Shown: positions 55,378-62,272 of the stretch, one piece after another | How positions within the stretch are numbered: the stretch's first letter is position 1 | How the letters are laid out: each line of letters starts with the position of its first letter | Source of the DNA: Acidobacteriota bacterium | Lineage (GTDB): Bacteria > Acidobacteriota > Vicinamibacteria > Vicinamibacterales > UBA2999 | Reading direction: 5' to 3' | DNA: 64,000 nucleotides | NCBI GenBank assembly: GCA_046732795.1 | Contig: JBKPNV010000013.1 | Span: 644-64,643, forward strand | The notes under the pieces: model-generated | Told to the model about the DNA's origin: nothing | The model's input: only the letters and a program-made list of their open reading frames with translations | Database searches by the model: none | Translations under genes and position numbers: made by a program

Positions 55378-56231
55378 CGTCGCGCGAGCCTCAAGCCGCC
55401 GCGTCGCAACAGCGCCCACGAGGCGACGACGGTTGCCGATGCTCCGAGCGGAACGGCGATGGTGACGCACGTCAGCGCGACGTCCCTGGTCACGCGGACG
55501 AACACGAGCGCCGTGTCGTAGCGCCACTGGAAGAACTGATTGATGAGTTGTTCGGACAGCACCGCCAGCACCAGGCCAAAAATCGCGCCGACACCGGCGA
55601 CCATGAGCCCCTCGAGGAGGATCTGCGCGAGGATGCGCCGCACGGGGAGTCCGATCAGCCGAAGGACGCCGACGGTCTCGCGCCGCTCGTCGACGAGCAT
55701 GATCGACAGTGCCAGGAGAAACACCGTGGCGGCAACGATCGTGACGACGGCGATGGCCCGATGAAAACGCTCGAGCACGCGAAACGGGCCGGCCGATCCC
55801 GCCGCTTCACCCGAGGGCAGCGCGACGACGCCGGGCAGCCGCGCATCGACATCCTTTGCAAACTGCTCAGCGTCGTTGGGATTGACCAGTCCGACGTTGA
55901 CCGCGGAAATGTATTCAGCGCCGGCAGGGATGCCGACTGGGCGCGTCATCTCGAGCAGGTCGGGCAGGTGCAGACGGACCGCTCGCGGAACCTGTCCGAG
56001 GCGCGCCGGATCTGGCGTCGGTTCGTAGATCCCCCCAATGCGAAACTCTCGCGACCGCGTGCCCGACGCGTCGGTGGCGAGACGGACCACGCTGCCAACA
56101 GTGAGTCCCTCGGATTCGGCGAGTTGCCGGGAGACGAGAACGGTCGGTAGTTGAGTGTCTTGTGCAGCCGCCATCGAAGGCAGCAGCCAACTGAGGACCG
56201 CAATCACTCGAACGAGGGCTCCGCGCGTCAC
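55374..56231 (-). CDS. Short FtsX-family ABC permease
   Basis: Signal/TM1 'ALVRVIAVLSWLLPSMAAAQ', a short periplasmic domain, and FtsX 'VLRLIGLPVRRILAQILLEGLMVAGVGAI'. Preferred GTG 56231 overlaps the EVE stop (GTGA). Confidence 0.7.
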   Translation of the reverse strand: MTRGALVRVIAVLSWLLPSMAAAQDTQLPTVLVSRQLAESEGLTVGSVVRLATDASGTRSREFRIGGIYEPTPDPARLGQVPRAVRLHLPDLLEMTRPVGIPAGAEYISAVNVGLVNPNDAEQFAKDVDARLPGVVALPSGEAAGSAGPFRVLERFHRAIAVVTIVAATVFLLALSIMLVDERRETVGVLRLIGLPVRRILAQILLEGLMVAGVGAIFGLVLAVLSEQLINQFFQWRYDTALVFVRVTRDVALTCVTIAVPLGASATVVASWALLRRGGLRLARR

Positions 56232-56635
56232 GAGCGACTGAGGGCTTCGATGCGGGCCCACTCCGCGTCGGTCACCGGCATGACAGAGAGCCTCGACATG
56301 CGGACGAGCGGGAACGATGCGAAGTTTTTGTCGGCTTTGATCTCTGCCAGGGTAACCGGCCGCTTCAGCCGTTTGTCAGGCACGACATCGACGACTGAGA
56401 GCTTTCCCGATCCATCGCCGGGATCAGGATAGGCGTGACTCGCCGCTTTGGCGACGGCGACCACGGCTTTTTCCTTGCCCGTGTGGTAGTAGAAGATGCG
56501 ATCGCCGCGCTGAATGGCGCGCAAATGCTTCTGAGCGAGAGGATTTCTGACGCCCGCCCACACCGTCTTGCCGTCCTTCTCGAGTTGGTCGTAGCCGTAA
56601 TGATCCGGCTCTTCTTTCACCAGCCACTGGGCCAT
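56228..56635 (-). CDS. EVE (PUA-like, DUF55) domain protein
   Basis: 'MAQWLVKEEPDHYGYDQLEKDGKTVWAGVRNPLAQKHLRAIQRGDRIFYYHTG...AYPDP...SRLSVMPVTDAEW' follows the EVE-domain consensus closely. Start trimmed to ATG 56635. Confidence 0.75.
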   Translation of the reverse strand: MAQWLVKEEPDHYGYDQLEKDGKTVWAGVRNPLAQKHLRAIQRGDRIFYYHTGKEKAVVAVAKAASHAYPDPGDGSGKLSVVDVVPDKRLKRPVTLAEIKADKNFASFPLVRMSRLSVMPVTDAEWARIEALSRS

Positions 56636-56686
56636 AGCGTGATCATATCGGGATCCGGGATTCGGCATCCGGCGTTCAGACGTGAC

Positions 56687-56708
56687 GTAGGTCCGGCTTT
56701 AGCCGGAC
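56687..56708 (+). repeat. Family A REP hairpin GTAGGTCCGGC-TTTA-GCCGGAC
   Basis: 7-bp stem with a 4-nt loop, followed by a degenerate GTCCGGCTTCGACCGGC unit. Located upstream of the EVE operon. Confidence 0.65.
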
Positions 56709-56910
56709 CGGCAGTCCGGCTTCGACCGGCAGTCGCATCGCGCGCCGTGCGTGTGAACGGGCAGTTCAGCGGGTCGGACGTGATGGTGTGGCGGACCGTC
56801 GCGTGCAAGCCGGATCCGTGCAAAGAGAGAGATGGGATGCCTCGACTATTCGAAAAACGTGAAGAAGTGATTCGTCGGACCGCCGGTCATCTTGCGGATA
56901 TAGTCGATTT

Positions 56911-57147
56911 GTGTCCCCGACCTGGCCTGAGATCGATCGCCGCAACCCGCTGATACCGGATCGCCGCAGCATCCTGCGCGGCGGCCGGCGCGCGACGGAT
57001 CCTTCAACGCCGGTGTCGTGTATTCGCTGTGGCAGCACCGACGTCCGGAGCCTTGGTGTCAGCATGACCGGGCTCTGGTGCGAGTGCACGCGCTGCAGCG
57101 GCGTCTGGAGACTCGACCCGGCCGTGTGGCGAAGATCCCCCGCGTGA
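56911..57147 (+). CDS. Possible small zinc-ribbon protein (CxxC...CxxC) with Arg-rich N-terminus
   Basis: The track ORF translation has 'DRRSILRGGRRATD' followed by 'CIRCGSTD...CECTRCSG'. GC-rich third codon positions fit coding sequence. No family recognised. My base counting in this stretch disagrees with the track by 1 nt (see rejected list). Confidence 0.3.
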   Translation: MSPTWPEIDRRNPLIPDRRSILRGGRRATDPSTPVSCIRCGSTDVRSLGVSMTGLWCECTRCSGVWRLDPAVWRRSPA

Positions 57148-57216
57148 TTCGTTCCTCCTCCTTCTGACGACAGCATCGTGGGAGCAATACCTGATGCTCC
57201 TCGCGTCTGTGTCGTC

Positions 57217-57570
57217 TCACCCCTCCACCGGACTCAAGGCGCGAGCGATCGCGATCGAGATGCGTCCCCAATTCGCGGTCTCGGCTTTGAGCTGCCGCCG
57301 GCCGGCAGCGGTGAGCCGGTAGTACTTCGCCTTTCGGTTCGTCGACGAGGCGCCCCACTCGGACGCGAGCCAGCCTTTCTGCTCGAGCCGATGCAGGGCT
57401 GGGAAGAGCGAGCCAGGATTGACCTGAAACGCGCCCCGGGTGAGCTGTTCCACGCGCCGCGCAACGCCGAGCCCGTGATTGGGCTCGAGTGTCAGCGCCT
57501 GGAGTATCAGCAGGTCCAGTGTCCCGCGCAGCAGATCGGTTCTCGGCAAGACGCCTCCTTGGCTAGACAT
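57217..57570 (-). CDS. PadR-family transcriptional regulator (no adjacent permease)
   Basis: 'LRGTLDLLILQALTLEPNHGLGVARRVE...NPGSLFPALHRLEQKGWLASEW...KYYRLTAAG' is very similar to the cluster-heading PadR at 19199. Confidence 0.85.
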   Translation of the reverse strand: MSSQGGVLPRTDLLRGTLDLLILQALTLEPNHGLGVARRVEQLTRGAFQVNPGSLFPALHRLEQKGWLASEWGASSTNRKAKYYRLTAAGRRQLKAETANWGRISIAIARALSPVEG

Positions 57571-57579
57571 ATCGACTTC

Positions 57580-57619
57580 CGATAGGAATACGCCTGGTCC
57601 TATCGAACGTCAATAGGAC
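57580..57619. promoter_or_regulatory. Candidate operator: inverted repeat CGATAGGA-N10-TCCTATCG plus a third ATAGGA half-site
   Basis: The 8-bp arms are at 57580..57587 and 57598..57605, with ATAGGAC at 57613..57619. The site begins 10 bp upstream of the PadR start codon in the divergent spacer. Confidence 0.3.
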
Positions 57620-57828
57620 AATAGCTCGATGGCGGCTCGACCTCCGTCACCCACTCCCCAAACCCGTCTGCATCATGTTGTCGTGACGCAAGGCACCCGT
57701 CGCTGAATCTTTCCCGGCGCGGTGAATTATTCCCCGCCCGCGGAGCTGGTAACTCAGGGCTGTCGGCGATCGAGCAGACAGGTTGCCTCTCTCACTAAGT
57801 AAGACATTTGCAAGAGTGGGAGGAACCC

Positions 57829-58311
57829 GTGACACCAACATCTTTTGAGGCCAGGGTCCACGATTTCCTCGACCGGAAGCGCATCGCCGTTGCTGGCGTG
57901 TCTCGCGACATGAAACACCATCCTGCCGGCAATCTGATCTGTCGAAGGCTGAAGAGGAGCGGGCACGACGTATTCCCGGTGAATCCGCACATGCAGAGCT
58001 TCGAGGGCGTTCGCTGTTACCCGAACGTGCAATCAATCCCAGGCGGGGTCGACGGCGTCGTGGTCCTCACGAGACCTGAGCTCACAGAGCGAATCGTACG
58101 GGACTGCCGCGACGCCGGAGTCCGCCGCGTGTGGATGCACCAATCCATCGGAAAGGGATCGAGCGTCTCCCCGAAAGCCGTCGACTACTGTCGTCGGCAC
58201 GATATCAGCGTGATCGCTGGTGCCTGCCCGATGATGTACGGCCCACACGCTGACCTCGGACACGCGTGCATGCGGTGGATCCTGACACTCACTGGTGGAC
58301 TACCGGTGTAA
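57829..58311 (+). CDS. CoA-binding domain protein
   Basis: 'RIAVAGVSRDMKHHPAGNLICRRLKRSGHDVFPVNP' and 'DGVVVLTRPELTERIVRDCRDAGVRRVWMH' fit the CoA_binding_2 pattern. GGGAGG lies 5 nt before GTG 57829. The track start TTG 57808 is less likely. Confidence 0.7.
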   Translation: MTPTSFEARVHDFLDRKRIAVAGVSRDMKHHPAGNLICRRLKRSGHDVFPVNPHMQSFEGVRCYPNVQSIPGGVDGVVVLTRPELTERIVRDCRDAGVRRVWMHQSIGKGSSVSPKAVDYCRRHDISVIAGACPMMYGPHADLGHACMRWILTLTGGLPV

Positions 58312-58346
58312 GTCTGAGGCGAGACGCTTCGACCAGAGGCAGACCG

Positions 58347-59258
58347 ATGAGCATCGACTCGTACCGCTTTCTCGATTTTGGGACACGCCAGGTCATGAAG
58401 GCGTGGGCCGCCCGTCAGGAGCCGGGCATCATCCCCTTCACGCCGCTCGCGAAGCCGCTGCGCGAGTGCACGATCGCCCTCATCTCAACCGCCGGTGTCG
58501 CGCGCAACGATGACCAGCCATTCGACCAGGAACGCGAAAGACGAGACCCGTGGTGGGGCGATCCGAGCTTCCGAGTGATCCCGCTTGGAACGACAGAGCC
58601 AGAGGTGCGGCTCTATCACATGCACATCGATCCGCGCTTCGGGCAGGCGGATCTCGATGTCGTGCTCCCGATGCGTCGGCTGACTGAGCTCGCCGACGAG
58701 GGAGTCGTGGGGCACGCCGCCCCCAGACATTATTCGCTCATGGGGTACATTCTGGACCCGACGGTTCTCGTCGAGGAGACTACGCCGGTGATCGCCGATC
58801 GAATGCGCGCCGACGATGTCGATGCGGTCGTATTGGTGCCGGCATGACCCTTCTGTTGCCGGTCCGTGGGGCTGGTACAGCGTGTGTTGGAAGCGAGTGG
58901 CTTTGCGACAGTCGCTCTCTCGATGATTCCCGACCTCACACGCGCCGTAGGTGTGCCGCGCTTGGCGGGTATCAGTCATCCGATGGGCCGGCCGCTTGGC
59001 CGCCCGCACGATCCCGATGGTCAGCGCGCCGTTTTGCGCGCGGCGCTGGAGCTCCTGGTTACCGCGCAGGGGCCCGATGCGTACATCGAACTCCCGTTCG
59101 TGTGGCCTGAGTCACCCGCTCGCGCTCGGAACGCGTCAAGGGATCTCCCGCCGCCTCCGATTGTCGATCTGCTGACGAAGAAGCCCTGGTTGTTGGTCAA
59201 CCTCTATACCGGCCGCACACCGCGCTTCCTCAGTTCATCTTCGCCGCCAGCTCGTTGA
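58347..59258 (+). CDS. Glycine/sarcosine/betaine/D-proline reductase protein-B-family (GrdB/PrdB-like) selenoprotein; TGA 58845..58847 read as selenocysteine
   Basis: Track ORFs 58266..58847 and 58866..59258 share a frame. Only TGA and six sense codons separate them. The fused sequence '...DAVVLVPA-U-PFCCRSVGLVQRVLEASGFATVALSM' parallels the GrdB Sec region (U-x-x-C then a beta-alpha unit). Upstream 'TIALISTAGV', 'SFRVIP' and 'HYSLMGY' are family-like. Confidence 0.7.
58853..58880 (+). promoter_or_regulatory. Candidate bacterial SECIS hairpin downstream of the in-frame UGA
   Basis: CUGU(U)GCCGG...CUGGUACAG: pairs 58853-58880, 54-79, 55-78, 56-77, U57 bulged, then 58-76 (G-U), 59-75, 60-74, 61-73 (G-U), 62-72. 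The apical region UCCGUGGGG has G-U at about nt 22-23 from the UGA. Folded by eye only. Confidence 0.4.
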
Positions 59259-60666
59259 GGCTTCCTCCAAGCACCCGATTGAAAGCCGGGAATGGGTGGA
59301 TGACATCGGCGAGCGTACTGAGAGCAGTGCGCAGCTTGATCGCGAGCACGAGTTCGCCGACGATTTCGCCCGCCCGCGGCGTGACAAGCGTTGCGCCAAT
59401 CAGCACTCCGCGCTGACGGTCGCCAACGAGTTTGAGCGCGCCATGATGAAAGTCATGGATGGAGCCGCGCGCGGTATCCGCAGGGTCCGTAGTGGTGACC
59501 ACAACGTCAATGCCTTGTGCGCGGGCGGCTGATTCCGACAGCCCGACCGACGCGATTTCGGGATCGGTGAAGGTGACGCGAGGGATCGCTGTGTGATCGG
59601 CCTTGGCGTCGATGCCGCGCAACCGCCGCGCGATCACCTCGCCGTGGTAATAGGCGAGGTGCGTGAACCCGCCGAGTCCGGTGATGTCGCCTGCGCCGAA
59701 GACCCCGGCCTGGGCTTCGAGCGTTTCCGGGTTGACCTTCAACCAACCACGCTCCGTCTGTGCAAGCCCGGCCCCGCGCCATGCCTCCGCGTTCGCGCGG
59801 CGGCCGGTGGCAACCAGCAATCGATCGGCGGAGATCACAGCTCCTGATTTCAAGTGCATGTCCACGGTCGCGGGTGAACGCGAAGAGTCCCCGGACCGCT
59901 TTTCGACACGGACACAGGGATCGCCGACCATCAACGTGATGCCGTCCGCCTCCAGGTGTGGGCGAAGCGCGGCGCCAGCCTCTGGTTCTTCGTGGCCCAG
60001 GAACTTTGGCCCGGCTTCGATCATCGTGACCTTGGATCCGAGCCGAGCGAAGGCTTGCCCGAGCTCGACGCCAATCGCACCCGCGCCGAGAATCGCCAGC
60101 GAAGCCGGCAGCTCGCTCGGAATCGCCGCCTGGCGGTTGGTCCAGAAGTCGACGGTGTCGAGGCCAGGGATCGGCGGGATCGCTGCCGTGCTGCCGTTGG
60201 CGATCACAACCGCGCGTCGCGCGACGAGCTGCTCGGTTCTGCCGTTGGTGGTGGACGGCGCCGCCGCCCCGAGCGAAGTCGAGGCCAAGCGGACGGCAAC
60301 CGTCCGAGGGTCCGTCAGCGTCCCTTCGCCTCGAAAAAGTGTGGCGCCGGTTTTCTCCAGTGCGGCAGAAGGCCGGCTGTCGTCGAGATCGCGTGCCATC
60401 CACAGCACGCGCTTGGAAACCTTGGCGAAGTCGACGGACCAGTCCACGCGCGAAGCGGCCAGCATACGGGCGCGATCGGCCTCGCTCAACGTTTCGGCCG
60501 ATCGGAGCAGGGTCTTGGAAGGTACGCATCCCCAGTACGGGCATTCGCCTCCGACCAACTCTCGTTCGACGACGGCAAGCGTCAGTCCGCTATCCCGAAG
60601 ACCGCCCGCAATCGCTTCTCCCGCGACTCCGCCACCCAGACACACGACATCGAACTCCTGGCGCAC
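59230..60666 (-). CDS. Class I pyridine nucleotide-disulfide oxidoreductase (dihydrolipoamide dehydrogenase / mercuric-reductase-like flavoprotein)
   Basis: 'FDVVCLGGGVAGEAIA' FAD GxGxxG. Redox-active 'GGECPYWGCVPSK' (CxxxxC). 'LAILGAGAIGVELGQAF' NAD(P) site. C-terminal dimerisation domain with 'HPFPAF'. Confidence 0.85.
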   Translation of the reverse strand: MRQEFDVVCLGGGVAGEAIAGGLRDSGLTLAVVERELVGGECPYWGCVPSKTLLRSAETLSEADRARMLAASRVDWSVDFAKVSKRVLWMARDLDDSRPSAALEKTGATLFRGEGTLTDPRTVAVRLASTSLGAAAPSTTNGRTEQLVARRAVVIANGSTAAIPPIPGLDTVDFWTNRQAAIPSELPASLAILGAGAIGVELGQAFARLGSKVTMIEAGPKFLGHEEPEAGAALRPHLEADGITLMVGDPCVRVEKRSGDSSRSPATVDMHLKSGAVISADRLLVATGRRANAEAWRGAGLAQTERGWLKVNPETLEAQAGVFGAGDITGLGGFTHLAYYHGEVIARRLRGIDAKADHTAIPRVTFTDPEIASVGLSESAARAQGIDVVVTTTDPADTARGSIHDFHHGALKLVGDRQRGVLIGATLVTPRAGEIVGELVLAIKLRTALSTLADVIHPFPAFNRVLGGSLNELAAKMN

Positions 60667-60943
60667 CTGCTACCTCCTTGTCATCACACGGCCGCGCTTC
60701 TCCACGGCCATCGCTTGGGCGAACATCGAGAGCCACTGACGTGCAGCAGCAGTCTATTTGACAATGCGTCGATCGCTAGCCGATATGTACCAGCTCGCGG
60801 ACGTCAGTCATCCACGCTGCCCATGGTCAAGTTGACACTCGTTCCAGTCATCCCGCTTGCCCGATCCGGACGCATGAAGGTCGCACCGCCGAGCTTCGGC
60901 AACGTGCGACGATCAGGAATGCGATATAGCGAGAGGAGGTCCG

Positions 60944-61402
60944 ATGAGCGAGACGCCACGAGGATCGTCCGCAGTCAGCCATGATGCCGAGCAGAGAAGC
61001 GCGCGCGGTATTGTGGCCGTGCACGGTGTGCGCTATCAGGTAAAGGACGTTGCGCGGGCAGTTGCCTTCTATACCGGCCATCTCGGTTTCTCACTGGAAC
61101 ATCAGCAACCTCCCGCGTTTGCGAGCGTGTCGCTCGGCGGCGTCACGTTGCTGCTCAGTGGACCAGGAGCATCGGGATCTCGGGCGATGCCCGACGGTCA
61201 ATCGCAGGAACCGGGGGGATGGAATCGAGTGGTCCTCCGCGTGATCGATCTTCCTGCGCTGATCGATGCGCTGAAGAGCGGCGGAGTGCGGTTGCGCAAT
61301 CAGATGGAGACTGGTCCCGGCGGTCGGCAGATTCAGGTGGAGGACCCCGACGGCAATCCGATCGAGCTCTTCGAACCGGCCCAGCGGACGAGAGCGAATT
61401 GA
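60944..61402 (+). CDS. VOC (glyoxalase/bleomycin-resistance/dioxygenase) family protein
   Basis: 'VRYQVKDVARAVAFYTGHLGFSLE' and 'IQVEDPDGNPIELFEP' are typical VOC beta-alpha-beta-beta-beta modules. GAGGAGG lies upstream of ATG 60944. Confidence 0.75.
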   Translation: MSETPRGSSAVSHDAEQRSARGIVAVHGVRYQVKDVARAVAFYTGHLGFSLEHQQPPAFASVSLGGVTLLLSGPGASGSRAMPDGQSQEPGGWNRVVLRVIDLPALIDALKSGGVRLRNQMETGPGGRQIQVEDPDGNPIELFEPAQRTRAN

Positions 61403-61463
61403 ACTGGACCTGCGCCGACTAGCTCAAGGGGTTCATCGGGATATCAACGGCACCGCCCCTTGG

Positions 61464-62096
61464 CTAGTCTGGCTCGCCGAACACCTGCGCTTGAGTTCTT
61501 CCATACGGATAAAAGGTCGTCTTGTCGCCGTTCGCCCACGCTGTTCGTTGTTCAGCGCTGCTGATGTCCCAATCGGGCCGGCAGCCCTTCAGCACAGCAC
61601 GCAGGTCGAGGCGCAACTCCTCGACGGTCGGCCGGCCAAAAAACCAGTACCCGTTGTAGATCTTGTAGACACGCAGGCCGGGCTCGAGCACCAGCGTATG
61701 AGGAATCATCGGGTTGTTATCCGGGTCCGTGTATTCAGCGATGTCCAAATCCTTCTGTACTTTTCGCCCGGGATCCGAAAGAAACGTCCACTGGGCCCCG
61801 ACGCCAGCGCGGAACTCGTTCGTCTCGAGAATGTTATCCGTCGAGATCGTCACCAGGCGGCAGTAGCCCACTTGCATCTCGCGATGGAGTTGCAAGAGTC
61901 CCTCGTGCTGCCTCCTGTCTTTGGGACAGAAGCTGCCGCGAGACAGCACCAGTATCATCGGATCACTCTGCTGCAATTGCGAGAGCGTACGGTGCTTCCC
62001 GCGATGATCCGATAGCTCGTAGTCGGGAAAGACAGCGCCGGGAACGATGTCGGACCGCATATCGACCTTACGCCGGTGCAGCGAGAGCCCCTTCAT
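61464..62096 (-). CDS. Thioredoxin-fold redoxin (AhpC/TSA-like) protein
   Basis: 'FPDYELSDHRGKHRTLSQLQQSDPMILVLSRGSFCPKDRRQ' has the peroxiredoxin-like layout with a single Cys. An alternative start is ATG 62060. Confidence 0.65.
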   Translation of the reverse strand: MKGLSLHRRKVDMRSDIVPGAVFPDYELSDHRGKHRTLSQLQQSDPMILVLSRGSFCPKDRRQHEGLLQLHREMQVGYCRLVTISTDNILETNEFRAGVGAQWTFLSDPGRKVQKDLDIAEYTDPDNNPMIPHTLVLEPGLRVYKIYNGYWFFGRPTVEELRLDLRAVLKGCRPDWDISSAEQRTAWANGDKTTFYPYGRTQAQVFGEPD

Positions 62097-62179
62097 GGCC
62101 TGTCTGCGTGTCGCTCATGTGTGATCTCCGTGATTGCGTGCGGTGACAAGAATGCTCTCTTCGCGCGCCATCGTCCATA

Positions 62180-62211
62180 GAGTTGCCAGGGTTCTGAGTT
62201 GCCAGGGTTCT
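62180..62211. repeat. Perfect 16-bp tandem direct repeat GAGTTGCCAGGGTTCT x2
   Basis: Copies at 62180..62195 and 62196..62211, read directly, 84-115 bp upstream of the redoxin start on the minus strand and downstream of the sigma gene stop. Confidence 0.7.
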
Positions 62212-62272
62212 GCGCCACCTCGGCAATCCGATATGACACGGCCCCTTCTCGGACCCTTTGCCCTGTGAGGGC

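Noticed and set aside
56881-57120. An apparent 1-nt register mismatch between the bases as I count them and the ORF-track translations. The track needs ...cggac|cgccgg... at about 56880 and ...gaccc|ggccgtg... at about 57120. As printed I read an extra c at 56881 and one g fewer at 57120.
   Set aside because: The net length is unchanged and both discrepancies fall exactly on line boundaries, so this is most likely a formatting or counting artefact rather than biology. I used track coordinates for the ORFs in this stretch and built no frameshift or pseudogene claim on it.
60758-60837. Two TTGACA hexamers (60758 and 60832) in the divergent spacer upstream of the VOC gene, as possible promoters
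   Set aside because: I found no acceptable -10 hexamer at 16-19 nt spacing from either, so I did not annotate promoters here.
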